Below, one piece after another: positions 50,690 through 62,158 of a DNA stretch of 64,000 nt (its first letter is position 1; each line of letters starts with the position of its first letter). The notes below the pieces were generated by a model that ran no database searches, was not told the DNA's origin, and was given only the letters and a program-made list of their open reading frames with translations. Source of the stretch: an uncultured Cohaesibacter sp. (GTDB lineage Bacteria; Pseudomonadota; Alphaproteobacteria; Rhizobiales; Cohaesibacteraceae); assembly GCA_963664735.1 (NCBI GenBank), contig OY761553.1, positions 447,303-511,302 on the forward strand. The letters run 5' to 3'. Made by a program: the position numbers and the translations under genes.

Positions 50690-51946
50690 TTACGACATTT
50701 TCAGAAGGACGTGCTTCTTCTTGCCCATGGACAGCTTGATAACCCCGTCTTCATTGAGGTCGGCTTTTGTTACGGACATGCTGTCGTCGGATACGGTTTC
50801 GTCGTTGAGCTTCAGCGCTCCCCCTTTGATGGAGCGGCGAGCTTCTCCGTTTGACTTTGCAAGACCGGCGGTCACAAAGGCGCTGAGAATGCCGATTCCG
50901 GCTTCCAGATCACTTGCGGGCACTTCGATGGTTGGCAGATTGGCCGCGGCGGCTTGGCCCGCTTCGAAGGTCTTGAATGCTGTTTCTGCAGCATTTTCTG
51001 CTTCTACGCGCGTGTGGATCAGAGCCGTCGCTTCCGTTGCCAGGATTTTCTTGGCCTCGTTCAGTTCATTGCCCTCCAACACTTCAAGACGTTTGATTTC
51101 ATCGATTGGCAGTGTGGTGTACAGTCTGAGGAAGCGACCGACATCGGCGTCGGATACGTTACGCCAGAACTGCCAGTAGTCGTAGGGGCTGTACATGTCA
51201 CCGCGCAGCCAGATGGCGCCGGAAACTGACTTGCCCATCTTGGAGCCATCAGACTTGGTGATCAGCGGCACTGTGAGGGCAAAGCATTCTGCATTGTTGA
51301 TGCGGCGGCAAAGATCGATGCCGGAGACAATGTTGCCCCACTGGTCAGACCCGCCCATTTGCAGGCGGCAGCCATAAAGCTTGTTCAGCTGCGTGTAGTC
51401 ATAGGCTTGCAGAAGCATGTAGTTGAATTCGAGGAAGCTAAGGGCTTGCTCGCGCTCAAGGCGCAGGCGAACGGAATCGCGGGCCAGCATCTGGTTCACC
51501 GATACACGGGAGCCGATATCACGCAGAAACTCAACATAGTTCAGTTCGAGCAGCCAGCGTGCATTGTCTTCCTGAATGGCGTCTGTCGGACCATCGCCAA
51601 ACTCGAGCAGCTTGGAGAAGACCTCGCGGATGCTTTCCTTGTTCTGCTGGATTTTTTCAGGCGTCAGGAGCTGGCGGGTTTCGTCGCGTCCGGATGGATC
51701 GCCCACCATGGTGGTTCCCCCACCCATCAAGGCGATCGGGCGGTGGCCGGTCTTTTGCATCCAGTGCAGGATCATCATGGAAACGAGGTTGCCTACATGA
51801 ACAGATGGCGCCGTGCAGTCATAGCCCACATAAGCAGTTACCGTCTCCGAGTTAAAGAGTTTGTCCAACCCTTCCGGGTCTGAGCACTGATGAATGAAGC
51901 CACGCTCACTCAAAGTGTGAAGAAATTCGGATTTGAAGGCGGTCAT
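50690..51946 (-). CDS. tyrS: tyrosine--tRNA ligase
   Basis: Class I HIGH-type motif (PSVHVGN), a KMSKS-type motif (KMGKS), and a C-terminal S4-like domain; 418 aa. Confidence 0.93.
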   Translation of the reverse strand: MTAFKSEFLHTLSERGFIHQCSDPEGLDKLFNSETVTAYVGYDCTAPSVHVGNLVSMMILHWMQKTGHRPIALMGGGTTMVGDPSGRDETRQLLTPEKIQQNKESIREVFSKLLEFGDGPTDAIQEDNARWLLELNYVEFLRDIGSRVSVNQMLARDSVRLRLEREQALSFLEFNYMLLQAYDYTQLNKLYGCRLQMGGSDQWGNIVSGIDLCRRINNAECFALTVPLITKSDGSKMGKSVSGAIWLRGDMYSPYDYWQFWRNVSDADVGRFLRLYTTLPIDEIKRLEVLEGNELNEAKKILATEATALIHTRVEAENAAETAFKTFEAGQAAAANLPTIEVPASDLEAGIGILSAFVTAGLAKSNGEARRSIKGGALKLNDETVSDDSMSVTKADLNEDGVIKLSMGKKKHVLLKMS

Positions 51947-52099
51947 GCCGCTTTTTCTCCTTAAAGATACGGTTGTTACTGCTAGTCTGGCCTGATGTCT
52001 TTGATGTTGGGCACACCGGATGCATTGGCCTCTCGGGGAGTTGGTCTATCAAAGATCATGGCAAAGATCACTAACAAGATTGGGGAGACGGGGACAAAA

Positions 52100-53239
52100 A
52101 TGGCAAAAAATGAGAAAAAACTGTCGCTTGCTGTAGGTCTGATGAGTGGAACGTCCTGTGACGGGGTGGATGCTGCGCTTATTGAAACCGACGGGGAGGG
52201 GCTGGTTCGATCGATTGCCTCGATATTTCGCCCCTATGATTATCAGGAGCAGGTGCTTTTGCGGCAGGCGCTCGTCGATGCCAAAGGCATGAAGGACAGA
52301 AAGGCCCGCCCCGGATGTCTGGTGGAAGCTGAAGCGCTGGTGACCCGCGCCCATAAGGAGGCTGTATCGCAGCTCTTGTCACAAAAGGGGGCCTCTGGCC
52401 TAAAGCCCGATGTAATCGGTTTTCATGGTCAGACTGTCTGGCATGATCCGTCCGCAGGTGTGACAGTGCAGATCGGTAATGGGCAGGCACTGGCCAATGC
52501 GGTCAAGATCCCTGTCGTGCATGACTTCCGCGCGGCGGATGTGGCTAAGGGCGGTCAGGGAGCCCCGCTTGTGCCGATCTACCACAAGGCCTTGCAGGCA
52601 TCGAGCGTCATTCCTTTGCAACAACCTTTGGCAATTATCAATATTGGCGGGGTGGCAAATATCACCTGGATTGGCAAAGACGGGGCGCTGACGGCATTTG
52701 ACAGCGGTCCGGGCAATGCCCTGATCAACGATTGGGTGTTTGGTAAGAAAGGGCTGTCGATGGACGAAAATGGCGCGATTGCCGCCGAAGGTTCGGTTGA
52801 TTTTCTGGCTCTGATTGGTTTGATGGGCAACCCGTATTTTCGTAAAGCCGCACCAAAGTCTCTGGACAGGAACGCCTTCGGTCTGGCCCCTATTGAGGCC
52901 CTCTCGCTTGAAGATGGAGCCGCGACACTGACGGCCTTTACGGTCGAAACGCTCTGCCTTGGACTAGAGCATATGGAGATTATGGAAGGTGAGCCCGCTA
53001 AAATGGTTGTCGTTTGTGGCGGAGGCCAGCATAATGACTATATGATGGCCCAACTTGGCGAGGCTTTGGATAGTCCTGTCATGTTGGCCGATGATCTTGG
53101 GTGGAACGGGGATGGTCTGGAAGCTGAGGCTTTCGGATATCTCGCGGTTCGGTCTGTGAAAAAAATGCCACTTACATTTCCCGGAACGACCGGGATAAAG
53201 GAGCCTCTTACAGGCGGCGTTCTGTCACCGCCGGTTTGA
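52100..53239 (+). CDS. anmK: anhydro-N-acetylmuramic acid kinase
   Basis: ...VGLMSGTSCDGVDAALIE... N-terminus and ...NIGGVANIT... motifs. ATG 52100 gives a family-typical length of about 379 aa. Confidence 0.88.
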   Translation: MAKNEKKLSLAVGLMSGTSCDGVDAALIETDGEGLVRSIASIFRPYDYQEQVLLRQALVDAKGMKDRKARPGCLVEAEALVTRAHKEAVSQLLSQKGASGLKPDVIGFHGQTVWHDPSAGVTVQIGNGQALANAVKIPVVHDFRAADVAKGGQGAPLVPIYHKALQASSVIPLQQPLAIINIGGVANITWIGKDGALTAFDSGPGNALINDWVFGKKGLSMDENGAIAAEGSVDFLALIGLMGNPYFRKAAPKSLDRNAFGLAPIEALSLEDGAATLTAFTVETLCLGLEHMEIMEGEPAKMVVVCGGGQHNDYMMAQLGEALDSPVMLADDLGWNGDGLEAEAFGYLAVRSVKKMPLTFPGTTGIKEPLTGGVLSPPV

Positions 53240-53282
53240 ACCAAGACCAAGGCTGAAACACGACAGGAAACGGGGGTTTTTC

Positions 53283-53888
53283 ATGGTCAGTGTTCCTAGC
53301 AATAGGGGATATGAAATAACGGCAGCGAGCCTATCAAAGCGATATGATGGCTATGAAATTGAAGAAACACACGGGTGGTTTCTCGAAATGCTGCCACCAG
53401 CTCCAATGAGCGTTCTCGATATTGGAGCTGGTTCGGGGCGAGACGGGCTCCACTATGCCGCAAAAGGCTACAAGGTTACGGCGGTAGAGCCAACGGACGC
53501 TTTCAGGAAGATCGCCATGGCCAAGGATGGGGCTGATGCGATTGAATGGATCGAAGATACCCTTCCTGAGCTCGCTTCTCTGGAACAGCGATCTTTCGAC
53601 ATCATCACGCTGATTGCGGTTTGGATGCATCTGGATATGGATGAGCGGCAAGAAGGAATCGTGCGCCTGTTTGATCTGCTCAATCCTGGCGGTTTTCTTG
53701 CAATGACTGTTCGTCACGGTGAGCCGCCAGAGGGGCGCTTGATGTTCGAAGTGCCCGACGAGGAAATTATTGAAGCTGCGCGCGGGTTGGGGCTTTCTCT
53801 GGTTAGTCATGCCAATGTTGAATCAACTCAACCCCTCAATAGAGCTAAGGGCATTACATGGAGCCGCTTTGCCTTCCGTAAGGGGTAA
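53283..53888 (+). CDS. class I SAM-dependent methyltransferase
   Basis: VLDIGAGSGRD glycine-rich SAM motif I and downstream motifs; 201 aa. Confidence 0.75.
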   Translation: MVSVPSNRGYEITAASLSKRYDGYEIEETHGWFLEMLPPAPMSVLDIGAGSGRDGLHYAAKGYKVTAVEPTDAFRKIAMAKDGADAIEWIEDTLPELASLEQRSFDIITLIAVWMHLDMDERQEGIVRLFDLLNPGGFLAMTVRHGEPPEGRLMFEVPDEEIIEAARGLGLSLVSHANVESTQPLNRAKGITWSRFAFRKG

Positions 53889-53915
53889 TTTTACCTTCAT
53901 TCTTGTCTGAAAAAC

Positions 53916-53947
53916 AAAAAAAGGCCGCTTTGAAAGCGGCCTTTTTA
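53916..53947. terminator. bidirectional rho-independent terminator
   Basis: GGCCGCT-TTGAA-AGCGGCC stem flanked by an A-run and a T-run. Confidence 0.85.
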
Positions 53948-53970
53948 ATGGGTGTTGGCAATGAAGACTT

Positions 53971-54675
53971 CTAGAGCCTGATTGCCGAATCCGATTGGTC
54001 GTCAACCTCGGTGATCTCTTCTAGCTGAGAGGGATCAAAGCCGATGCGTTTGTCCAGATAGTTGGCGCAAACGTTGATCAGCTGGTCTGTCTCTTCCTTG
54101 AAGAAGTGGTTGGCACCCGGAATGATTTCCTGATCGATAACGATACCCTTTTGGGTCTTGAGTTTGTCGACGAGGGCCTGAACATCCTTGTGTGGCACAA
54201 CCTTGTCCATGCCGCCATGGGTGATAAGCCCCGAAGAAGGGCAAGGGGCAAGGAAAGAGAAGTCATAAAGGTTGGCCGGAGGGGCAATGGAAATAAAGCC
54301 CTCCACCTCAGGGCGGCGCATAAGCAATTGCATTCCGATCCAGGCGCCGAATGAAAAGCCTGCAATCCAAACGCCGGGAGCTTCGGAGTGGAAGGTCTGG
54401 ACCCAGTCCAATGCTGCGGCTGCGTCTGACAGCTCGCCAACACCATGATCAAAGGTGCCTTGAGATCTTCCAACGCCACGGAAGTTAAAGCGAAGGACGG
54501 TAAATCCACGTCGGGCGAACATGTAATAGAGATTGTAGATAATCTCGTTATTCATGGTTCCACCGAAACGCGGATGTGGATGAAGAATCAGTGCGATTGG
54601 TGCCTTGCGGTTTTTGGCAGGGTGCAGCCGTCCTTCCAAACGCCCGGCAGGGCCATTAAAGATCACTTCTGGCAT
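53971..54675 (-). CDS. alpha/beta hydrolase (small single-domain family)
   Basis: ...LILHPHPRFGGTMNN..., the nucleophile elbow GFSFGA, and a C-terminal ...GANHFF... motif. I preferred ATG 54675 over TTG 54696. Confidence 0.72.
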   Translation of the reverse strand: MPEVIFNGPAGRLEGRLHPAKNRKAPIALILHPHPRFGGTMNNEIIYNLYYMFARRGFTVLRFNFRGVGRSQGTFDHGVGELSDAAAALDWVQTFHSEAPGVWIAGFSFGAWIGMQLLMRRPEVEGFISIAPPANLYDFSFLAPCPSSGLITHGGMDKVVPHKDVQALVDKLKTQKGIVIDQEIIPGANHFFKEETDQLINVCANYLDKRIGFDPSQLEEITEVDDQSDSAIRL

Positions 54676-54784
54676 AGGTTGCCCGTTCTCTTTCAAATTG
54701 GTTTGTTTGGTGAATCCGGCACGTTTCGTCTGAAATTGCTCTGGTCGTTATTTACAACTGCCCGCTTCTTGGATTAGAAGGGGG

Positions 54785-54815
54785 ATTAAACTTGACTAAT
54801 TGATACAAGTTTAAT
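54785..54815. promoter_or_regulatory. perfect 10-bp-arm inverted repeat (candidate dimeric transcription-factor operator, IscR/Rrf2-like half-sites)
   Basis: ATTAAACTTG-ACTAATTGATA-CAAGTTTAAT. The core AAACTTGACTAATTGATACAAGTTT matches about 18 of 25 positions of the E. coli IscR type-1 consensus ATASYYGACTRWWWYAGTCRRSTAT. Confidence 0.4.
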
Positions 54816-54824
54816 ATGTCTTGG

Positions 54825-54841
54825 TTTAGAACGATTCAAAA
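54825..54841. promoter_or_regulatory. Irr iron-control-element (ICE)-like box upstream of the suf operon
   Basis: TTTAGAA-CGA-TTCAAAA versus the ICE consensus TTTAGAA-N3-TTCTAAA (13 of 14 specified positions). Confidence 0.5.
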
Positions 54842-55026
54842 CTAGCTAGCGTGCGATCCATTTGATTGCCCTTCTTAACACAAGTGGATGGTCGAATTTC
54901 AAGTCTTTTCGAGCCTGTCAGACGAAATACTTTATCGTTTTGGCTTAAAACGGGTCGATTTATGGTTCTAGCCGAAGATAGCTATCCTTCCAGGAGTGCT
55001 TGGGCAGGGCGAATACAGGAATAAAG

Positions 55027-56214
55027 ATGGTGCGTTCTTATCTTGATTACAATGCGACAGCGCCTTTGCGTCCCGAGGTCAAGGCCGGAATGGTTGACGC
55101 TTGGGATCTTGTTGGCAATGCGTCATCCGTTCACAAAGAAGGCCGAGAGGCTCGCGCTGCCATCGAGCGGTCAAGACAAGATGTGGCTGATCTGGTGGGG
55201 GGCTCTGCGCGTCGGGTGATTTTCACCTCTGGTGCGAGCGAGGCCAATATGCTGGCGCTGACCCCCAACATGAAAGTTGAATATCAGCCAGATCCTGCTT
55301 CCGTGCTTTATGTGAGTGCAATCGAGCATCCTTCCGCTTTGTCTGGTGGTCGTTTCGATGCCGATAGTCGGCGGGTGATTCCTGTGTTGCAAAATGGTCT
55401 GGTTGATCTTGATGCTTTGCGTCAATTGCTTAAAGAGCATGACCCGCAGTCCGGGCGGCCGATGATTGCTGTTATGGCTGTAAATAGCGAGACCGGTGTT
55501 ATTCAACCGATTGCCGATCTCGCTGAGATAGCTAAAGAATTTAATGCCTATTTCCATCTCGATGCTGTTCAGGCTGCGGGCCGTATTCCGCTTGATATGA
55601 CTAGTCTGGGCTGTTCGAGCCTTTCGCTTTCCGCTCATAAGCTCGGAGGTCCGAAAGGTGTCGGAGCATTGGTGATGGCGCAAGAAGGCACGGAGCCCGA
55701 GCCCCTGATTACCGGTGGTCCTCAGGAGAACAGGCTGCGGGCAGGTACGGAAAATGTTGCTGGTATCGTCGGGTTTGGAATTGCCTGTCGATTGGCAAAT
55801 GAGGATTTGAAACGCCCAGATGGGTATGCGCGTTTGTCCGGCTTGCGCGATCAGTTTGAACTTCGCCTAAAAGAGCTCGTGCCAGAGGCTGTCATCTTCG
55901 GGGGAACTGCTCCTCGGGTTGGTAACACCTCTCAGTTCGCCATTCCGGGATTGAAAGGCGAAATGGCACTCATAAGGCTGGACCTGGCCGGGGTTGCTGT
56001 CAGTTCCGGATCGGCTTGTTCGTCAGGCAAGGTTTCGGCTTCCCATGTGCTGTTGGCGATGGGATATCAATCCGAAATTGCGGCTGGGGCCATCAGGATG
56101 AGCCTTGGCTGGGCAAGCAAAGAGCCTGAAATTAATGCACTTTTTGAGGCTCTTGAACAAATATGCGTCAAAAACTCAAAAAATAGTATAAGGGGCATTG
56201 AGAAGGCGCGTTGA
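55027..56214 (+). CDS. cysteine desulfurase (NifS/IscS-like, class V aminotransferase)
   Basis: YLDYNATAPLRPEV start region, SAHKLGGPKGVGAL (PLP lysine), and SSGSACSSG (catalytic Cys loop). Confidence 0.88.
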   Translation: MVRSYLDYNATAPLRPEVKAGMVDAWDLVGNASSVHKEGREARAAIERSRQDVADLVGGSARRVIFTSGASEANMLALTPNMKVEYQPDPASVLYVSAIEHPSALSGGRFDADSRRVIPVLQNGLVDLDALRQLLKEHDPQSGRPMIAVMAVNSETGVIQPIADLAEIAKEFNAYFHLDAVQAAGRIPLDMTSLGCSSLSLSAHKLGGPKGVGALVMAQEGTEPEPLITGGPQENRLRAGTENVAGIVGFGIACRLANEDLKRPDGYARLSGLRDQFELRLKELVPEAVIFGGTAPRVGNTSQFAIPGLKGEMALIRLDLAGVAVSSGSACSSGKVSASHVLLAMGYQSEIAAGAIRMSLGWASKEPEINALFEALEQICVKNSKNSIRGIEKAR

Positions 56215-56466
56215 GCACGCTTATATATGGGGCAAGGACTGATCTCATTGTGCGATAGGGACGTGCTCTGATTTCAAAACGGGTGTGCCATCGGTCCGGG
56301 GCTGGTGGCATTTAAGCAAGGACAAGATGAGTTAAAAACTGCGATCGGGCATCTTGGAATTCTTTTGTTTTGCCAACAGACCAGTGTTGGATCCCACGAT
56401 AATGCAGGAACTGGGCGAGCAGCCCTGACCGGCGGTCTTTGAAACCGCTCAGGAATGGAGTAACGA

Positions 56467-57951
56467 ATGGCTGCTGTTAAGGAGACGGTCGATCAAGTCA
56501 AACAGATCGACGTTGACCAGTATAAATACGGCTTTGTGACGGATATCGAATCTGAAAAAGCGCCGTTAGGACTGAGTGAAGAGGTTATCCGCTTCATTTC
56601 CGCCAAAAAGAATGAGCCGGAATGGATGTTGGAATGGCGTCTGGATGCCTACAAGCGTTGGTTGACCATGGAGGAACCAACCTGGGCAAAGCTCGACTAT
56701 CCGAAACCCAAGTTCAACGATATCTATTATTATTCCGCGCCGAAAGTTGCTGAAGGGCCAAAGAGCCTTGACGAAGTAGATCCGGAGCTTCTCAGAACTT
56801 ATGAGAAACTCGGCATTCCGCTTCAGGAGCAAGAAATTCTGGCCGGTGTGACCGAAGAGAACCGCCAATATTCCAAAGTGGCTGTTGATGCTGTTTTCGA
56901 CTCCGTTTCAGTTGCAACGACTTTCAAGGAAGAGCTGAAAAAGGCCGGGGTTATCTTCTGCTCTATCTCAGAAGCGATCCGCGAGCATCCTGAGCTGGTC
57001 AAAAAGTATCTGGCTTCTGTTGTGCCCGTCTCGGATAACTTCTATGCAACGCTCAACAGCGCTGTCTTTACCGATGGCTCCTTTGTCTATGTGCCTGAAG
57101 GGGTGCGCTGCCCGATGGAGCTTTCTACCTATTTCCGCATCAATGAGCAGAATACGGGGCAGTTCGAGCGCACGCTGATCATTGCCGACAAGGGTGCTTA
57201 CGTGTCCTATCTGGAAGGCTGCACGGCACCTCAGCGCGACGAGAACCAGTTGCATGCTGCTGTGGTCGAGCTGATTGCTCTGGAAGATGCCGAGATCAAA
57301 TATTCGACGGTCCAGAACTGGTATCCGGGCGATAGCGAAGGCAAGGGCGGTATCTATAACTTCGTTACCAAGCGTGGCGACTGTCGCGAGAAAAACTCCA
57401 AGATCTCGTGGACGCAGGTTGAGACAGGCTCTGCCATCACATGGAAATATCCGAGCTGCATTCTGCGTGGAGAGAACTCCACCGGCGAGTTTTACTCGAT
57501 TGCCATTTCCAATGGCTATCAGCAGATTGACAGTGGAACCAAGATGATCCATCTGGGCAAAAACACCTCGTCGAGGATCATTTCCAAGGGCATCTCTGCA
57601 GGGCGTTCCAACAACACCTACCGTGGTCTTGTTTCCGCTCACAAAAAGGCCTCCGGCGCCCGTAACTTCACCCAGTGTGACAGCTTGCTGATCGGCGATC
57701 AGTGCGGTGCTCACACGGTGCCATATGTGGAGAGCAAGAACGCCTCGGCGATCTTTGAGCATGAAGCAACGACCTCGAAAATCTCCGACGACCAGATGTT
57801 CTATTGTCAGGCGCGCGGCATCGGCGAAGAGGAAGCTGTGGCGCTCATCGTCAACGGGTTTGTGAAGGATGTGATCCAGCAGTTGCCGATGGAATTTGCG
57901 GTCGAAGCGCAAAAGCTGATCAATATTTCTCTAGAAGGATCAGTTGGCTAG
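56467..57951 (+). CDS. sufB: Fe-S cluster assembly protein SufB
   Basis: 494 aa with highly conserved SufB segments (...YKYGF.TDIE..., ...LEGCTAP..., ...[16 protein letters not shown]...). Confidence 0.95.
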   Translation: MAAVKETVDQVKQIDVDQYKYGFVTDIESEKAPLGLSEEVIRFISAKKNEPEWMLEWRLDAYKRWLTMEEPTWAKLDYPKPKFNDIYYYSAPKVAEGPKSLDEVDPELLRTYEKLGIPLQEQEILAGVTEENRQYSKVAVDAVFDSVSVATTFKEELKKAGVIFCSISEAIREHPELVKKYLASVVPVSDNFYATLNSAVFTDGSFVYVPEGVRCPMELSTYFRINEQNTGQFERTLIIADKGAYVSYLEGCTAPQRDENQLHAAVVELIALEDAEIKYSTVQNWYPGDSEGKGGIYNFVTKRGDCREKNSKISWTQVETGSAITWKYPSCILRGENSTGEFYSIAISNGYQQIDSGTKMIHLGKNTSSRIISKGISAGRSNNTYRGLVSAHKKASGARNFTQCDSLLIGDQCGAHTVPYVESKNASAIFEHEATTSKISDDQMFYCQARGIGEEEAVALIVNGFVKDVIQQLPMEFAVEAQKLINISLEGSVG

Positions 57952-57953
57952 GC

Positions 57954-57976
57954 ACATTTCATGTTTCATGAAATGT
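57954..57976 (+). other. perfect 10-bp stem / 3-nt loop hairpin immediately after the sufB stop codon
   Basis: ACATTTCATG-TTT-CATGAAATGT, beginning 3 nt after TAG. No clean U-run follows. Confidence 0.6.
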
Positions 57977-58093
57977 TGTTCCGCCATTGCGCTTGGCCCC
58001 TCTGGACGGGGTTACAGACAAATATGATTACTGGGATGGCGAAGCGTAAGACACGCAGCGCCTGATGACCACACCCACACAGGATTAGACACA

Positions 58094-58846
<753 letters not shown>

Positions 58847-58860
58847 TTGGGAGGACTGTT

Positions 58861-60168
58861 ATGACGCAACCTGCAATCAAAATGCCAGCAGATCAGGCTC
58901 TGGAAAGCTTGATGAAATCTGCTCTGGACGGCCTGCCGGGCAATGCTGATTTTTCATCATTGCGGTCGGCTGCAGTTTCTGCTTTTGAAACAGATGGGCT
59001 GCCAACGCGCCGGGTCGAGGACTGGAAATATTCCGATCTCAAACGCGTGATGCCTGCTGATCTCGCACTTGCTGCGCCGGTAACGGCTGAGACGGCCAAG
59101 GAGCACTTGTCTGGCTCCAATATTCTCAGTGATGTAGATGCATACCGGCTGGTTCTGGTCAATGGCAGTTTCTCTGCTGAGCTTTCTGACCTTGATGGTC
59201 TGGAAGATGCGATCTTGGTGCGCTCTGTTGCCGATGCGCTTCAGGCCGGTGAGTTTTCGCTTGATGATCCTGAAATTGCAAAGGGTGATATCGCTCTGTC
59301 GCTTAATACAGCTCTGCTTCAGGATGGTGTCATTGTCGAGATCGCCGAAGGGGCCGAGATCAGCAAGCCGATTGAAATTCGCCATGTGATGCTGGGCGGT
59401 GGTCTTGCCACCTTGCGCAACCGCGTTGTAATCGGTAAAGGCGCCACTGTGGGGGTTATTGAAACCTTCGTGGGCGATGATGTTTCCTATCAGCTCAACA
59501 GTGCGATTGACTACCGCATCGGCGATGAAGCCAAGCTCAATGTTTTGCGCATCATCAACGAGGGCGACAATGCGATCCACCTTGGGTCAACCACGGCTAT
59601 CGTGGGCGGCAAGGTGCATTTTGAGCATTTCACCCTGTCAGCAAGCGGTCAGTTTGTGCGCAGCCAGTCTTTTGTGGCCATGCTGGGCGAATTTAGCGAT
59701 GCCGATCTATTCGGAGCCTCTCTGGTCAACGGCAAGCGCCATAGTGATATTACGCTGAAAATGGATCATGCAGTGCCAAACTGCAATTCCAAGGAGCAGT
59801 ATCGCACGGTGCTTGATGACAAGGCCGAGGGCGTATTCCAGGGACAGATCATCGTTCGCCAATATGCTCAGAAGACCGATGCCAAGATGATGAGCCAGGC
59901 CTTGCTGTTGTCTGAAGATGCTTCCTTCAACAACAAGCCCGAGCTTGAAATCTATGCCGATGACGTTGTCTGCGGGCATGGCGCGACCTGCGGCGATCTG
60001 GACGAGGATCTGCTGTTTTATCTCAGGGCTCGCGGTATTCCCAAAGACGTGGCCAAGAAAATGTTGGTCATGGCCTTTTTGGCTGAAGCCATTGAAAAGG
60101 TTTCAAACGAACAATTTGTAGAAGCTCTGGAAGGCTACATTCTAGACCGTCTGGGTCTTTCCGAGTGA
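58861..60168 (+). CDS. sufD: Fe-S cluster assembly protein SufD
   Basis: Position after sufC and the conserved C-terminal beta-helix motifs (...LSEDA....KPELEIYADDV.C.HGAT.G.LDE..LFYLR.RGI...). GGGAGG SD precedes ATG 58861. Confidence 0.9.
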   Translation: MTQPAIKMPADQALESLMKSALDGLPGNADFSSLRSAAVSAFETDGLPTRRVEDWKYSDLKRVMPADLALAAPVTAETAKEHLSGSNILSDVDAYRLVLVNGSFSAELSDLDGLEDAILVRSVADALQAGEFSLDDPEIAKGDIALSLNTALLQDGVIVEIAEGAEISKPIEIRHVMLGGGLATLRNRVVIGKGATVGVIETFVGDDVSYQLNSAIDYRIGDEAKLNVLRIINEGDNAIHLGSTTAIVGGKVHFEHFTLSASGQFVRSQSFVAMLGEFSDADLFGASLVNGKRHSDITLKMDHAVPNCNSKEQYRTVLDDKAEGVFQGQIIVRQYAQKTDAKMMSQALLLSEDASFNNKPELEIYADDVVCGHGATCGDLDEDLLFYLRARGIPKDVAKKMLVMAFLAEAIEKVSNEQFVEALEGYILDRLGLSE

Positions 60169-60224
60169 TGTGATAATTTTAAAGGGCACCCTTAAATGGG
60201 TGTCCAACATTGGATGTAAGGACC

Positions 60225-61475
60225 ATGATGCATTCCTCCCAAGTGGCTGCTAACGAAGAATATGACGTTGAAGCCATTCGCGCCGACTTTCCTATTTTAT
60301 CAAGGGAAGTGTACGGTAAGCCGTTGGTTTATTTTGATAACGGTGCGTCAGCGCAGAAGCCGAAGGTGGTTATTGACGCTATCTCTGAGGCTTATTCAAA
60401 CCAATATGCCAACGTGCACAGGGGATTGCATTTTCTTTCCAATCTCGCGACAGACAAGTTTGAAAAGGCGCGCGAAACCGTGCGCCGCTTTCTCAATGCG
60501 CCATCGGTTGACGATGTCATCTTTACGCGGTCTTCGACTGAGGCGATCAATCTGGTTGCTCATTCCTATGGTGGCATGGTTCTGAAAGAAGGCGATGAGG
60601 TGATCATCTCCATTCTTGAGCACCATTCCAACATTGTGCCGTGGCATTTTTTGCGCGAACAGCGCGGTGTTGTTATCAAGTGGGCTCCTGTTGACGAAGA
60701 CGGCAATTTCCTCATGGAAGAGTTCGAGAAGCTTCTGACGGATAAGACAAAGATTGTCGCCATAACGCAAATGTCCAATGCCATTGGCACGATCGTGCCG
60801 GTCAAGGAAGTGATTGCCAAGGCTCATGCTGTCGGGGCGAAGGTGCTGGTGGACGCCAGCCAGAGCGCGGTGCATATGCCGATTGACGTGCAGGATCTGG
60901 ATGTCGATTTTCTGGCGATCACAGGCCACAAGCTGTATGGCCCGTCAGGCATCGGTGCACTTTATGGCAAGGCTGAGCTGCTGGACGCCATGCCTCCATT
61001 TATGGGCGGTGGGGAAATGATCAAGGACGTGACACTTGATGGCGTGACCTATGGTGTTGCCCCGCATAAATTTGAAGCTGGAACGCCGCCAATTGTTCAG
61101 GCTATTGGATTGGGCGTTGCGCTTGACTATATGGATAGTATCGGGCGTGAACGGATCGCTGCCCATGAAGAGAGCTTGCGTGCCTATGCTCATGAAAAGC
61201 TGGGTGCGATCAATGCTCTGAAAATATTTGGCCATGCGAAAAACAAGGGCGCTATCGTATCCTTCGAGCTGGAGGGGATTCACGCGCATGATGTTTCGAT
61301 GGTTATCGATCGGGCCGGTGTCGCAGTTCGTGCTGGCACTCATTGTGCCCAGCCGCTTTTAACCCGGTATGGCGTAACATCAACTTGCCGGGCTTCTTTT
61401 GGCCTTTATAACACCAAGGCAGAGATCGACATCCTTGCTGATGCATTGGTAAAGGCACGGGTTTTCTTTTCTTGA
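60225..61475 (+). CDS. sufS: SufS-type cysteine desulfurase (group II)
   Basis: ...IRADFPIL......LVYFDNGASAQKP..., HKLYGPSGIG (PLP lysine), and RAGTHCAQPL (catalytic Cys). Confidence 0.93.
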   Translation: MMHSSQVAANEEYDVEAIRADFPILSREVYGKPLVYFDNGASAQKPKVVIDAISEAYSNQYANVHRGLHFLSNLATDKFEKARETVRRFLNAPSVDDVIFTRSSTEAINLVAHSYGGMVLKEGDEVIISILEHHSNIVPWHFLREQRGVVIKWAPVDEDGNFLMEEFEKLLTDKTKIVAITQMSNAIGTIVPVKEVIAKAHAVGAKVLVDASQSAVHMPIDVQDLDVDFLAITGHKLYGPSGIGALYGKAELLDAMPPFMGGGEMIKDVTLDGVTYGVAPHKFEAGTPPIVQAIGLGVALDYMDSIGRERIAAHEESLRAYAHEKLGAINALKIFGHAKNKGAIVSFELEGIHAHDVSMVIDRAGVAVRAGTHCAQPLLTRYGVTSTCRASFGLYNTKAEIDILADALVKARVFFS

Positions 61476-61530
61476 GTAGCTCAGCCGAAAGGTGAGATAT
61501 TTTAGAATAAGAGAAAGAAATGGGTTCATA

Positions 61531-61923
61531 ATGATGAGCGAAACAGTGACGAATAGTGAGACTGCAGAGCCGAATGTTCCAAGTATGGCACCTGCCTCGG
61601 GTATTCCCGCAGCCGAATTGGAACAGCTGAGTGCTGAAATCGTAGGTGCTCTTAAAACGGTTTACGATCCGGAAATTCCTGCTGATATCTATGAGATTGG
61701 TTTGATTTATCGCGTTGATATTGATGATGATCGTAATGTCGAAATCGACATGACGCTAACTGCGCCGGGGTGTCCGGTTGCTGGTGAGATGCCGGCATGG
61801 GTAGAAAATGCGGTCGGGTCGGTTGCCGGGGTTGGACTGGTCAAGGTCAATATGGTTTTTGACCCGCCCTGGACACCGGACAGAATGAGCGAAGAAGCCA
61901 AAATTGCCATCAACTGGTATTGA
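61531..61923 (+). CDS. SUF-system Fe-S assembly protein, DUF59/SufT-like
   Basis: ...L..V.DPEIP..IYE.GLIY.V......V.I.MTLTAPGCP... motif and its position after sufS. Confidence 0.82.
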   Translation: MMSETVTNSETAEPNVPSMAPASGIPAAELEQLSAEIVGALKTVYDPEIPADIYEIGLIYRVDIDDDRNVEIDMTLTAPGCPVAGEMPAWVENAVGSVAGVGLVKVNMVFDPPWTPDRMSEEAKIAINWY

Positions 61924-62158
61924 GTTTTCATGTTGCGATTAGCGGCGCGTATTTTGTTCTTTCATGCGTTGTAAGGAAGCGCGGGTGAATGGCCTCACGC
62001 AATAAGGCTTCCCGTGGTAAGGGCGGGGCGCAATCGCCATATTCCTGCTGTAAGGGATATGTCGCTTGTAGCTCGTTTGTACCGGTCTTATCGCTGATGG
62101 CGGGCTTGCTACTCTCACATAAAGGTCATAACGGCAATTTTAGAAAGAAGGTGCGGCT

